DNA of 64,000 nt, taken from Candidatus Methylomirabilis sp. (GTDB lineage Bacteria > Muiribacteriota > Ozemobacteria > Ozemobacterales > Ozemobacteraceae). Numbering within the stretch: position 1 is the first letter of the stretch; each line of letters begins with the position of its first letter. The position numbers and the translations under genes are program-made. The DNA is taken from contig DYKG01000007.1 in NCBI GenBank assembly GCA_020722725.1, positions 1,181 through 65,180 of the forward strand, read 5' to 3'. Under the pieces are notes generated by a model. It saw nothing but the letters and a program-made list of their open reading frames with translations, was not told the origin of the DNA and searched no databases. Of the stretch, positions 10,721 to 20,567 are shown piece by piece.

Positions 10721-11200
10721 ATGAACATTATTACTCATGCTCTTGCCGGGTGGTGCATCGGTCGCGCAGTAAGCGAACAGCCCCGTGATGCAGTTGCCCT
10801 GTTTGCCGCCCTGCATCACAAGTTGGGCCACAACATTTTCTTTTGCCTCGCCCTTTTGCCGCTGGTCTGGCTGTTTTGCCGGCGCCCGGCCATGCTTGTC
10901 TGGTGGGTGGCGGTCTTTCATTTTCATCTTTTCTGCGACGTGATTGGGGCAATGGGGTCAGACGGCTACCAGTGGCCGATTTACTATCTTTACCCGTTTT
11001 CAGATTATGGCCTGGTCTGGAGCGGCCAGTGGCAGATAAATGCCTGGCCTAACCTGGTCTTCACCGTCTTTCTGCTGATCGTCTTTATTTATCAGTCTGC
11101 TCGCACTTCATTTTCACCCATTGGCCTTCTCTCGGCCAGTGCTGATCAGGCCTTTGTCGAAACTCAGCGAAAACGTCCGGGCATGACCGAATCGCCATGA
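10721..11200 (+). CDS. Membrane-bound metal-dependent hydrolase, DUF457/YdjM-like.
   Basis: N-terminal MNIITHALAGW motif, multiple TM helices and conserved His residues. The 3' end overlaps hemW by ATGA. Confidence 0.45.
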   Translation: MNIITHALAGWCIGRAVSEQPRDAVALFAALHHKLGHNIFFCLALLPLVWLFCRRPAMLVWWVAVFHFHLFCDVIGAMGSDGYQWPIYYLYPFSDYGLVWSGQWQINAWPNLVFTVFLLIVFIYQSARTSFSPIGLLSASADQAFVETQRKRPGMTESP

Positions 11201-12324
11201 TTACCGGAATCTATGATTTCACCGGAACCGGCCTTTACATCCATGTTCCATTCTGTTTCAGCAAATGTGCTTATTGTGGCTTCTATTCAACTGTTCCCGA
11301 TTCGGAAAAAATATCGCGCTACCTGCAGCGCCTCGAAGACGAAGCCTCTGCCCGCCTGCCTGCCGCCGCCGGCAATATCCACACCATCTTCGTCGGCGGC
11401 GGAAACCCGCTCTGCCCGGATCTGCCAGGTCTCAAAAGAATTTTTGAAATTGTTAAGAACCATGTGGATCTCTCTTCAATCAGCGAATGGACATTTGAAG
11501 CCAACCCCGAAAACCTCAGCGATGAAATCGCCGCCTTTCTGAAAGAACTACCAGGAATAAGAATCAGCCTGGGCGTTCAGCGCCTTGACAATGCTGAACT
11601 TGAGCTGCTTGGCCGCCGCGCCCGGATAACCGATGTCGAACGGGCTCTTGAAATATGCGGCCGGCATTTTTCCAATTTCGGGATTGATCTGATTCTTGGC
11701 GTTCCCGGCTGCCAATCAATCGCACCGGCGCTGGCGCAATTGCTTGAAAAACTTGAAATTCAGCATGTGTCAGCGTATTTTCTTTCAGTCGAACCCGGTT
11801 CGCTTTTGCAGCAGCGCATCGAAAACCATGAGTTTCCCGACCCCGATGAGGCTGACCCCGATGAATTGTTCGAAGTGCGCCAGGTTTTGATCGATGCCGG
11901 GTTTGAACATTACGAAATTTCCAACTATGCCCGGCCGGGTCGCCGCTGCCTGCATAACATGAATTACTGGAAGCCCGGCGATTACATTGGTCTTGGCCCT
12001 TCAGCCGTCAGCACCGAAGCCGGGCTGCGCTGTTACAACCCTGCCGATCTCGGGCGCTGGCTTGCCGATGAAAGCCCGGCTTTTGAGCAGCTCAGTTCTG
12101 TCGATCGCCGAAATGAATATTTGATGCTGCGCCTTCGCCTGCTTGCCGACGGGTTCAATCTCACCAGTTTTGAACGTCGCTTCGGTGCCCAGGATGATAA
12201 CTTTCACTCGCAGGTTCTCTGGCATATCGAACAGGGTAATCTTGCGCAGGAAAACAACGTGATAAAATTAACCCCGAAGGGTATTATTTTCTCAGACAAT
12301 ATTATTTCAGACCTGTTTATTTGA
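11197..12324 (+). CDS. hemW: Radical SAM heme chaperone HemW (HemN-like, oxygen-independent coproporphyrinogen oxidase family).
   Basis: CFSKCAYCGF (CxxxCxxC) near the N-terminus, the GGGNP motif, and a HemN_C-like C-terminus (NYARPGRRCLHNMNYW). Confidence 0.8.
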   Translation: MITGIYDFTGTGLYIHVPFCFSKCAYCGFYSTVPDSEKISRYLQRLEDEASARLPAAAGNIHTIFVGGGNPLCPDLPGLKRIFEIVKNHVDLSSISEWTFEANPENLSDEIAAFLKELPGIRISLGVQRLDNAELELLGRRARITDVERALEICGRHFSNFGIDLILGVPGCQSIAPALAQLLEKLEIQHVSAYFLSVEPGSLLQQRIENHEFPDPDEADPDELFEVRQVLIDAGFEHYEISNYARPGRRCLHNMNYWKPGDYIGLGPSAVSTEAGLRCYNPADLGRWLADESPAFEQLSSVDRRNEYLMLRLRLLADGFNLTSFERRFGAQDDNFHSQVLWHIEQGNLAQENNVIKLTPKGIIFSDNIISDLFI

Positions 12325-12336
12325 AAAGGAGATTGT

Positions 12337-12771
12337 ATGGCTCAAAAAAGTTATAAAGCACAGTTAAAGCAGTTGAACAAATTTAAAATCGAAGCCAGTG
12401 CCGGCACCCATAAGCTGATTATCGATCAGCCCGTGAGCGGTGGCGGTGAAAATGCCGGCCCAAGCCCGCTTGAATGCGTTCTTTCGGGGTTGGGTGCCTG
12501 CATTATGACCATGATGCAGGTAGCTTCACGAAAAAAGCGTGTCGAAATGCGCTCGCTCGAAATTGAAATGGAAGGAATTCTCGATACCGATGGAATTACC
12601 GGCAGAAACCCCGATATTCGTGTTGGTTTTGCTGAAATAATCGTTCGGGTCAAATTGGATGCGGATATGAGCGACCAGGAAAAGCTTGCATTCATTAAAG
12701 AAGCCGAAGACCATTGCCCCGCTTCTGATAACCTTGCCCACGGAACTCAGATAACAATCAGACTTTCCTGA
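12337..12771 (+). CDS. OsmC/Ohr-family peroxiredoxin-like protein.
   Basis: SPLECVLSGLGACIMTM and a second conserved Cys (DHCPA), typical of the OsmC fold. Confidence 0.7.
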   Translation: MAQKSYKAQLKQLNKFKIEASAGTHKLIIDQPVSGGGENAGPSPLECVLSGLGACIMTMMQVASRKKRVEMRSLEIEMEGILDTDGITGRNPDIRVGFAEIIVRVKLDADMSDQEKLAFIKEAEDHCPASDNLAHGTQITIRLS

Positions 12772-12772
12772 A

Positions 12773-13573
12773 ATGGCAAAACCAGGCCGGTTATTTTTGC
12801 TGCTTCTTTTTCTCGCCCTGACTGCCGGACTCCATGCCGATTCGGCTGCCGATCTGGTAATGAAAGCGGTAGTAAGAATTTCTGGCCGGTCAAAAACCGG
12901 TGACCCGGTCATGGGAACCGGTTTTCTCGTGCAGGCTGGCGGCTCAAACCGCCGCCGCGCCTGGCTGGTTACCGCTGCCCACGTTTTTCAGCAGGTAAAT
13001 GGCGATACGGTTGATCTGTTACTGCGCCGCCGCAAAAGAGAACGGGTTGCAAGCTTCGAACAGGCTTACCAGATCAGATCCGGTGCCTTGCCCCGGTTCA
13101 GAGCCGATGTGGGTTCAGATGTGGCGGCTCTTCTGCTCGAATTGCCGGCAGATTCTGATTGCGCCATGCTTTCATACACGATGCTTGCTGCTGAAAATGA
13201 TTTTTCTTCTGCCCGCATATGCGCGGGAAGTGACCTGATGATTTTTGGCTTTCCCTATGGCGAAAGCTTCGCCGATACCGGGAACTGCCTGATTCGAAGC
13301 GGTCTGATTTCTTCGGGGCCATTGACGCCGGTTGGCGATTACCCATATTTTCTTGCAGATTTCGAAGTCTTTGCCGGTTACAGTGGTGCCCCGGTTCTGG
13401 TGCGTGCCCGCGATCAAATGCTGATTGCCGGCATGGTGCTCGAAGAAGTTTTTCTTGAAGAGCTTCGCCCTGGCCGGAAAAAGACCCTGCGAACCAGTCG
13501 TGGCTTGGGTCTGGCCCGGGTAATAAATGCCTCGGCAATTCGTGATTTTATTGCAGCTCAGGAAAAGCGCTGA
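12773..13573 (+). CDS. Secreted trypsin-like (S1) serine protease.
   Basis: Signal peptide, then a catalytic triad context: TAAHV (His), DVAAL (Asp) and GYSGAPV (Ser). Confidence 0.7.
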   Translation: MAKPGRLFLLLLFLALTAGLHADSAADLVMKAVVRISGRSKTGDPVMGTGFLVQAGGSNRRRAWLVTAAHVFQQVNGDTVDLLLRRRKRERVASFEQAYQIRSGALPRFRADVGSDVAALLLELPADSDCAMLSYTMLAAENDFSSARICAGSDLMIFGFPYGESFADTGNCLIRSGLISSGPLTPVGDYPYFLADFEVFAGYSGAPVLVRARDQMLIAGMVLEEVFLEELRPGRKKTLRTSRGLGLARVINASAIRDFIAAQEKR

Positions 13574-14873
13574 CCTCAGCTTTTATCGCATCGTTGAAAC
13601 TTATCAGTTCGATTAAAAGATCTTCCTGACTGGTTATCTGCATCATTTTTCCTGCGAATTTCTGCAGTGCCTGTGCCTTTTCTGCTTTGGCTGAAACCAC
13701 ATCGCCCTGTCGCATAAAAGCCCTGATTCTATAAAGATGCATGTGTGGCGCAAAAATTCCGCCGGCATATAGATTCAAGTATTCTTTTGAAAATTTCAAT
13801 GCCTGATCCGGCCGGTTCAACTTGTCTGAGTAAAGTCTTACCAGCGCGGCGTAAGCCTCATCAGACCAGGTGCTGCCGGGAGCATATTTTTCGATAAAAG
13901 TTGAATAACTCTCTGCAGCTTTCTCGTGGCGTTGCAATCTGCGGTCAAGTATCCAGGCCATTCTGAATTTTACTGAATCGATATAGCGGTATCCGGGGTA
14001 TTTTTGACATAGATGTTCTAAAGTCGCATAGGCGGCCATTGGCTCGATCTGGGTTTTCAGCTGCAGTTCAGCGCGATAGTAGAGAACTATCGCCGGCCTG
14101 AAAAAAATGATCCAGCAACTTCCACCAGACAGAAAAGCGGCAAGAAGAATCAGGGCTCTGCGGTTAACCGTGCTTGCCCGGCGTCGATGAGCCTGAATGA
14201 TTTCGGTTTCTGCCCGCAGACGATCGATCTTTTCGTTAAGATGCTTACAGGCATTGGCCGGGTTGATTTCCGGGGCCTGATTCAACTGCTCGACCCGGCT
14301 TTTCGAGCTTTGTGCGATCCACCAGACAGCGGAAATGGTGGCGAAGAGAAAATGCCCGGCGGTAAAGGCGATCATCGCCGCAAAAGAAGTTGAAAAAAAC
14401 CTGGTGGTTTCCTGACCGTTAAGCTGCAGAACATAGCTCCAGTATCCCCGGCCGTAAAAATAATTCGACAGACTGATCAGGGCAAAAGAAAAAAATGCCA
14501 GCTTCAATAATACCAGAGTAGGGTAGAGCCAGAGAATCAGGCTTGGGTATTCACTGTCGAACTTCTTTTTAAAATTTTCTGCCAGCTTCTGTGATAAAAA
14601 ACAGAAAACCTGAAAAACCAGCAGCAGAGCAGTTGCCATCAGGGCGGGCCTCGGCAGCTGCAGAATCAGTCCCTGGCCGCGCAGCAGAACCACGATCAAA
14701 TACAATACCAGAGATAGAAACCCATGCAGTTTCCAGTTGATTTGATAGGGCTGCAAAAAAAGCGATGAATCCATAGCTGTAACTATAGCAGTTTTTTTCG
14801 GTAAATTCTCAGATTTCTGCAAAATCTTGTCGATAGTGGAACAGGAGCATTCCAAATATAAGGAAAAGTTCAT
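13548..14873 (-). CDS. Membrane-anchored protein with N-terminal TM helices and a C-terminal TPR-like domain.
   Basis: Several hydrophobic helices in the first ~250 aa and a C-terminal helical-repeat region. It overlaps the protease gene end convergently by 26 bp. The start is uncertain. Confidence 0.45.
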   Translation of the reverse strand: MNFSLYLECSCSTIDKILQKSENLPKKTAIVTAMDSSLFLQPYQINWKLHGFLSLVLYLIVVLLRGQGLILQLPRPALMATALLLVFQVFCFLSQKLAENFKKKFDSEYPSLILWLYPTLVLLKLAFFSFALISLSNYFYGRGYWSYVLQLNGQETTRFFSTSFAAMIAFTAGHFLFATISAVWWIAQSSKSRVEQLNQAPEINPANACKHLNEKIDRLRAETEIIQAHRRRASTVNRRALILLAAFLSGGSCWIIFFRPAIVLYYRAELQLKTQIEPMAAYATLEHLCQKYPGYRYIDSVKFRMAWILDRRLQRHEKAAESYSTFIEKYAPGSTWSDEAYAALVRLYSDKLNRPDQALKFSKEYLNLYAGGIFAPHMHLYRIRAFMRQGDVVSAKAEKAQALQKFAGKMMQITSQEDLLIELISFNDAIKAEVSAFPELQ

Positions 14874-14880
14874 AAAAAGA

Positions 14881-17184
14881 ATGAGGCAAACAAAGATAAA
14901 TAGCGGTTTTTTCCCGTTTAAGGGATTTCTGGCAACAGTTTTGTGCCTGTTGCTGCCGACTCTGCTTTTTGCTCAGTCAGCCGCTTTTCAGGATCTTCCG
15001 GCCGATCATTGGGCTTATGCCGACGTGGACTTTCTGGTCAGGCAGGGCTACATGGAAGGTTACCCCGATGGAACCTTCAAAGGGCGAAAAGTCACGACCA
15101 GATACGATGTTGCCCTGATGCTTGCCCGCATTCTCAAGCGCATGGAAGAAAAGAAAGCAACTCTCGAAGCAGCCACCGAAGAAGAACGGGCTGCTCTTTC
15201 GCGTTTAACCAAAGAATTCAGAGACGAGCTTGGTCTGCTTGATGTTCGCGTTGATTCGCTCGAACGCCGCATGGTCACCAATGAAAACAAGGTGCGCGAA
15301 CTCGAAACCCTGCTTCCCAAAGTAAAGATTTCAGGTTTCTACCGCGGTCGCGGCCAATATATAATCGAACCGGAAACTGTCGGCCGCAATGAATACGGTG
15401 GAACCTCTTCATTTGTTGACCCGGGCCTCGTCACTTTTTACCAGCAGATTTATCTGCGTTTCACCGGCAAGCCGCTTGGCGAAAAAATTGAAACCTTTTA
15501 CGAACTTTATGGCTACATGAAAGGTTCAACCTGGAACAAGCTGATTTACAACGAAGCCGGCAAAGATTACGGTCAGAACCCGTTCGACAATATCGATGAT
15601 TACGTTTACCGCATTCAGACTGATCGCTATGTGAACTCGAACAAGATGCACCTGGTCAGCAAGGCTAAATCAATGAAGGTGCGCGTCTATACCGGCGAAT
15701 CTGCTACCGGTATCGATAACCCGATGAATATTCTAACAGAAGATACTTACATTGTTGACCCCTATCAGGGCGTTGAAGTGTCAGGAGCCGAGGGCGGCGT
15801 TTCTTACCAGGGTTCAGTGCTTAAAGGCGATATGGTTAAGGGCACTACCGATGAAACCAATATGGTTACCGGACGCATGGTCTGGAAACTGCCGGAAAAA
15901 TTCAGCAAAGACAACTTCTCAGTCGGAACTTCATTTGCTGAAAAGATCCACGACTACAAAACCCGTGGCAATTCAAACACCGTTCGCGGCGTTGACATGA
16001 ACTATTCCACTGAGCGTATCGGCAAAGTTCAGGCTACGGCTGAATTTCTAACTTCAACCGATTATCATTACGACACTGCCGAAAAGAAAGACAAGAGCCT
16101 CGGCGATGAAGGTTCAAGATTTGATATCAGCCTGCAGAACGGCGGTTTTACCGGCACTATTAAACACTACGACTTTGGCAGGGATTTCCGCGCCATGATG
16201 GCTCCGGTTTGGGCCTATGATGTGGGCGATACTGATGATTACCCCAACAATTTAAAAGTCAGCAGCAACTATGGCAACCCGGATTTTGAAGGTGAAAAGC
16301 TGACCAGATTCTCGCTGAACTACGACTTCGGCAACAAGCTGCTGGCGATTGCCAACAACCTGTCAATGGAAGCCACTTACCTTTCAAAAACCTGGGAAGT
16401 TGATCCCAATTCTCCTTCACCCACCGATGGCCTGTCAGGCCGCAAATTCACATTTCAGCTTTTGTCTGACTTTACCGACAACACCACTTTAAAATACGAT
16501 TTCGTGCAGAAATGGGATGCCCTCGAAGAAGAATCGGGCTGGATCTCAAATGCTCTCGAACTCAATCTCAAGCTCAGCGATACGGTCAGCACCAAAGGCA
16601 AAATCTTCGTTCTCAGTGATCCTGACGATAAATACGAGCAGGACGGCACAGTTTATGAATACAACGAACGCATCGGTTACTTCGAAATCAACTCAGACAT
16701 CAATCCGAGAGTGTATACCAAGGGCAGCGTCGAACATCAGGTGCGCTGGGCCAACGCCACCAAAGAAAACATCAGAGTCGATTACATCGGCGAGGCTACC
16801 TATAACCTGACGCCGACCACCAGCCTTACCGGCGGAGTGCAGCACGTCGATTATGAAGACAGCTTCAACGGTTCGAACTCAAGCCTGGCCAATGCAATTC
16901 TTACCGAACTCAAGAAAAACTTCACCAACAAGTTCCGCGGTCGCGCCTTCTACTCACGCGGCATTATCGATTTCAAAGACGGCCTGACCGATACCGTCGA
17001 TCGCGAAAACATCTATGGCGAGCTGATTTACGACGTCAGCAAAGACGCCACGATTACCTTCAAGTTCGGCTACGATTACCCGAACAACTGGCGCTGGGAT
17101 ATCTCCAGCTACAACAACGGCAGAGACAAACAGGACATCAAAACCCAGAAGATGTTCATCTTTGAGGCAAAAACAAATTTCTAG
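14881..17184 (+). CDS. SLH-domain + coiled-coil + C-terminal beta-barrel outer-membrane protein (OmpM/Slp-like OM tether/porin).
   Basis: Signal peptide, then an SLH motif (DLPADHWAYADVDFLVRQGYMEGYPDGTFKGRKVTTRYDVALMLARIL). A heptad-rich coiled coil follows. The remaining ~600 aa have alternating beta-strand character and end in a terminal Phe (FEAKTNF). The start could instead be the upstream ATG at 14827. Confidence 0.7.
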   Translation: MRQTKINSGFFPFKGFLATVLCLLLPTLLFAQSAAFQDLPADHWAYADVDFLVRQGYMEGYPDGTFKGRKVTTRYDVALMLARILKRMEEKKATLEAATEEERAALSRLTKEFRDELGLLDVRVDSLERRMVTNENKVRELETLLPKVKISGFYRGRGQYIIEPETVGRNEYGGTSSFVDPGLVTFYQQIYLRFTGKPLGEKIETFYELYGYMKGSTWNKLIYNEAGKDYGQNPFDNIDDYVYRIQTDRYVNSNKMHLVSKAKSMKVRVYTGESATGIDNPMNILTEDTYIVDPYQGVEVSGAEGGVSYQGSVLKGDMVKGTTDETNMVTGRMVWKLPEKFSKDNFSVGTSFAEKIHDYKTRGNSNTVRGVDMNYSTERIGKVQATAEFLTSTDYHYDTAEKKDKSLGDEGSRFDISLQNGGFTGTIKHYDFGRDFRAMMAPVWAYDVGDTDDYPNNLKVSSNYGNPDFEGEKLTRFSLNYDFGNKLLAIANNLSMEATYLSKTWEVDPNSPSPTDGLSGRKFTFQLLSDFTDNTTLKYDFVQKWDALEEESGWISNALELNLKLSDTVSTKGKIFVLSDPDDKYEQDGTVYEYNERIGYFEINSDINPRVYTKGSVEHQVRWANATKENIRVDYIGEATYNLTPTTSLTGGVQHVDYEDSFNGSNSSLANAILTELKKNFTNKFRGRAFYSRGIIDFKDGLTDTVDRENIYGELIYDVSKDATITFKFGYDYPNNWRWDISSYNNGRDKQDIKTQKMFIFEAKTNF

Positions 17185-17194
17185 GAAACCTTTT

Positions 17195-18361
17195 ATGAAA
17201 AAAATCATATTGCTGCTGGCGCTGATTGTGGTGGCATTCACCTCGACCGGGTGTGTTCAGGAAGCACTGGTTATACCGGTTGCTACCGTTTCGGGCAAAG
17301 TTGTGGTGCCGGCGGGAAAAGTTCCTACCGGAATCAAAGTAACGGTTGCCGGCGAAAGTACTTCGTCATACGTCAATGAAAAAGGTGAGTATTCACTCGA
17401 ATTCAGACGCTCGGGCCGGTTTCTGCTGATTGCCCGTGGCCGCGAATTTGATGTGAACTATGTCTGGGTTGATGCAGAAATTGAAAAAACTGTTTCGGCA
17501 GCTGATATCAATGTTGATGAAAAAATTGTGGGTGAAGGTCTGTGGATCGCAACAATCGTTGATTTTCCCACTGCCACCAAATTCCGGGTCACCTCAGTTT
17601 CGCCTCTCTGGTCGCCAGAACTACAGGAAATGTTTGATGACGGAACCCATGGTGATAAACTGGCCAACGATGGCATTTTCACCCTGCGCCTGACCAATCT
17701 TAAAACCGGTTCGCAACAGTATTCTCTGCAGTATCTCGAAGAAGGATCCGAAACTCCGAAAACCGGAATTAAAGACCCGCATCGCGAAGGCGAACGCAAC
17801 GGCTATTCCGAGCTGATAATACCCGAATCTACGGTTAAACTGGCCCGTGGCCAGGTCACCAGCGATCTGACCGGCATCAACTACTCTGAAGTCAAGCTTT
17901 CGACCAAGAAGGGGTCAAGAACCATCTTCTGTGACAGCGACGGAGTTTACAGCATGCCGATGGAAGGCAATGGCAGAGAATACCTGGTATTCAGAAGTGC
18001 CAACCTGCATATTCGCGCCATCCCGGTCGATCTGACCACCGTCACCGTTTACGATGTTCCGACCACTACGCTTTCTTCAAAGAAGAGCGGCGAAGTCAAG
18101 CTGATCATGGTCAAATCAGACTTTGCAGAAGTAACCAACCCGGTAGTGGTTGCCGATTTCACCAACTGGCAGCCGCAGCAGATGTATGACGATGCCACCA
18201 ACGGCGACGAAGTGGCCGGCGATGGCGTTTATACCCGTCTGTTTACCGGTATCGCCCCGGGTTATCACAAATATGCGTTCAATATTACCGACACCAGCCA
18301 GGTCAAAGATCCCTACCAGGAATCAGGCGACTCGGAATATTCGATTATCCTGGTTAAATAA
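17195..18361 (+). CDS. Lipoprotein with two tandem E-set/CBM48-like (glycogen/starch-binding-like) modules.
   Basis: MKKIILLLALIVVAFTSTGC (lipobox). Internal repeats FPTATKFRVTSVSPLWSPELQEMFDDGTHGDKLANDGIFTLRL and VADFTNWQPQQMYDDATNGDEVAGDGVYTRLFTG resemble the F-x-NW...M...G-x-Y signature of CBM48/E-set. Confidence 0.45.
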   Translation: MKKIILLLALIVVAFTSTGCVQEALVIPVATVSGKVVVPAGKVPTGIKVTVAGESTSSYVNEKGEYSLEFRRSGRFLLIARGREFDVNYVWVDAEIEKTVSAADINVDEKIVGEGLWIATIVDFPTATKFRVTSVSPLWSPELQEMFDDGTHGDKLANDGIFTLRLTNLKTGSQQYSLQYLEEGSETPKTGIKDPHREGERNGYSELIIPESTVKLARGQVTSDLTGINYSEVKLSTKKGSRTIFCDSDGVYSMPMEGNGREYLVFRSANLHIRAIPVDLTTVTVYDVPTTTLSSKKSGEVKLIMVKSDFAEVTNPVVVADFTNWQPQQMYDDATNGDEVAGDGVYTRLFTGIAPGYHKYAFNITDTSQVKDPYQESGDSEYSIILVK

Positions 18362-19479
18362 TGAAAATAATCAAACAAATATTAGTTTCAATCATTCTTT
18401 TGCTGCCGGCGTTGCCGCTTGCGGCAAACGATTTGCCGGTAAACTATTTTTATGAGCGCGGCGCACTTCTCGATATCATTGATAATATCGGTGACGACAA
18501 GGGAACCGGCTATTACCAGTATCCGGCAGATAAACGCATGCGGCGCGGCACCTTCGACATAAAACGCTTTAGCGTTTATGAAGAAGGCAGCGTTGTGGTT
18601 TTCGAAATTCAGATGCGCAATTACATCATGCGTGACTGGCCTGATACCAGAAAGAGCGAAGATCAGGGCTTTGTTGCCAACCTCTGGGATATCTACGTGG
18701 ATATCGACGGAATTGCCGAATCGGGCTACCGCATGGCATTGCCGGGCCGCGATGTCAGTTTTTCAGATCAGAACGGCTGGGAAAAGGTGATTATGATTTC
18801 GCCTCTTTCTGAGCTTGATGTGTTCAGTATTTTGCGCGATAAGACCGAAGAACTTGAATTTCAGGATCAGGTTGAAGACATTGTTTACCCCGACTATGTA
18901 AGAGTTCAGCGCGACAAGGTCATTATCAAAATCAGCAGGCTTAAACTTCCTGGCCTTTCTGAAAGGTCTGGCTTTCAATGCCTTTCCATGGGCTATAAAC
19001 GGATAATTTCACCAAATCGTCTGCTCAACCGCGATGTTAAGGCGTTTGCAACCCAGGACGACTTCGGTGGCGGCCACGACACCTATGGTGACCCGCCAAT
19101 CATCGATATGATCGTTCCAGAAAACGAAGACCAGTATAAACTTCTGCGTAACTTCAAATCAGAACCATATCGAGAAAATATCCGATACGCCGAAATTCCC
19201 TTTGTATTCAAGGGCGGGTTGCGCACCAGCCCGGGCCTGGTAAAAACTCCGGTGCAAAACCCGGTTGAACCAGTGCCGGCACCGGTGGTTAATCAGCCAG
19301 TGGTAACTAAACCGGTTAACAAACCTGCCCGGGTTAAGCCAGTTGAACCGACAGTGGTGGAAACCCCAGGGTTCCTTCCCCTTGAACCCGTTACCAGGCC
19401 TGAAGATCTTGGTTTTCAGCCGATGCCCAAAGCCCCCGAAGGTTTTGTTCCAATCAAGCCGGTGAAGAAAAAGAAATGA
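18361..19479 (+). CDS. Secreted protein with a glucodextranase-C-like (S-layer-associated) domain and a Pro-rich C-terminal tail.
   Basis: Signal peptide; the block GDDKGTGYYQYPADK...GTFDIKRFSV...VFEIQM...ANLWDIYVDIDG recalls the Glucodextran_C fold; the C-terminus is PV/PK-rich low complexity. TAATG overlap with the upstream gene. Confidence 0.4.
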   Translation: MKIIKQILVSIILLLPALPLAANDLPVNYFYERGALLDIIDNIGDDKGTGYYQYPADKRMRRGTFDIKRFSVYEEGSVVVFEIQMRNYIMRDWPDTRKSEDQGFVANLWDIYVDIDGIAESGYRMALPGRDVSFSDQNGWEKVIMISPLSELDVFSILRDKTEELEFQDQVEDIVYPDYVRVQRDKVIIKISRLKLPGLSERSGFQCLSMGYKRIISPNRLLNRDVKAFATQDDFGGGHDTYGDPPIIDMIVPENEDQYKLLRNFKSEPYRENIRYAEIPFVFKGGLRTSPGLVKTPVQNPVEPVPAPVVNQPVVTKPVNKPARVKPVEPTVVETPGFLPLEPVTRPEDLGFQPMPKAPEGFVPIKPVKKKK

Positions 19480-19564
19480 ACATGATTAACAACTTCTCAG
19501 TTTTCCATAAAAAAATGACGATGAAATTAAAGCACCAGAAACAGTTGCTCAAAGGAGGCCGCTC

Positions 19565-20554
19565 ATGAACCGACAAAAATCCCACTTAAAGGCAGGTGCC
19601 ATTCTGCTTCTGTTAATGCTTTCTGTCGTTTCAGCTGATGTAGTCTGCGCCCAGTCGGCGCGTTCACGCGGCATGGGCGGTGCCTTTATCGGACTGTCTG
19701 ATGATGAATCAGCCACTTACTACAACCCCGCCGGTCTTTCGCAGATTCAGGGTCGTGAAGCCTCTTTGCAGGTCAAGGTTAACGAACGCGACATCTTTGA
19801 CTGGAACAGCGTTGCTTTCACTGGCCATATCTACGAAGATCAAGTTGAAGACAAATTTTCGATTACCGACTATCTTGAACACAACATTCTCGAAGAACCC
19901 CTGCCCAGAAGACCAAAATACAGCTATGGCGTATCCTATACCGAAGATAGCCGCTCTGAAGAATTTGGAAAGCTGGTTGGCGGTGAATACCTTGGCGTTC
20001 GCCGCGATGTTAAAGATCTGCAGCTGGCTTTCGGCACCAGATTTCCGATTGCCCGCCGCATGCTGGCTCGTGAGCAGCTTTATGGCGGTATCAAATTCAG
20101 AATCATGACCGTCGATCGCTATATCAAAAGTCTGCAGCAGCACGTTAAAAAAGACACCCAGTCGATGGGCGTCGGGCTGATGTATCACTACAATGACCGG
20201 GTAACCGGTGGTCTCACCGTTGATAACCTGGTTGAAAACATCGATGGAACCGGAGAACGAAACGGTGTCAGCCTGAACTTGGGCGCCGCCGTTGAAATCA
20301 CCAGGGGAACCACCATTTCAGCCGATGCAGTAAATATCACCAATTCAGACCGCACCACTGATCAGCAGTATCGCCTCGGAGTCGAAAAGAAGTTCATCGA
20401 AAACGATTTCACCATGCGTATGGGAACCCATAACGGCTCTCTTACTCTTGGTTTTGGCATGAACATTCTGCCCCACGTCAGAATGGATTATGCCTACTAT
20501 GACGGCGAAGTCATCAGAGAGCACTACGTCGGAGCCCATGTTACTTTTGACTGA
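19565..20554 (+). CDS. Outer-membrane beta-barrel protein (FadL/PorV/PorQ-like).
   Basis: Signal peptide followed by GMGGAFIGLSDDESATYYNPAGL, the hallmark N-terminal motif of FadL-like and T9SS PorV/PorQ-like barrels. Alternating beta pattern. Confidence 0.5.
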   Translation: MNRQKSHLKAGAILLLLMLSVVSADVVCAQSARSRGMGGAFIGLSDDESATYYNPAGLSQIQGREASLQVKVNERDIFDWNSVAFTGHIYEDQVEDKFSITDYLEHNILEEPLPRRPKYSYGVSYTEDSRSEEFGKLVGGEYLGVRRDVKDLQLAFGTRFPIARRMLAREQLYGGIKFRIMTVDRYIKSLQQHVKKDTQSMGVGLMYHYNDRVTGGLTVDNLVENIDGTGERNGVSLNLGAAVEITRGTTISADAVNITNSDRTTDQQYRLGVEKKFIENDFTMRMGTHNGSLTLGFGMNILPHVRMDYAYYDGEVIREHYVGAHVTFD

Positions 20555-20567
20555 TCGGAGAATCCTC

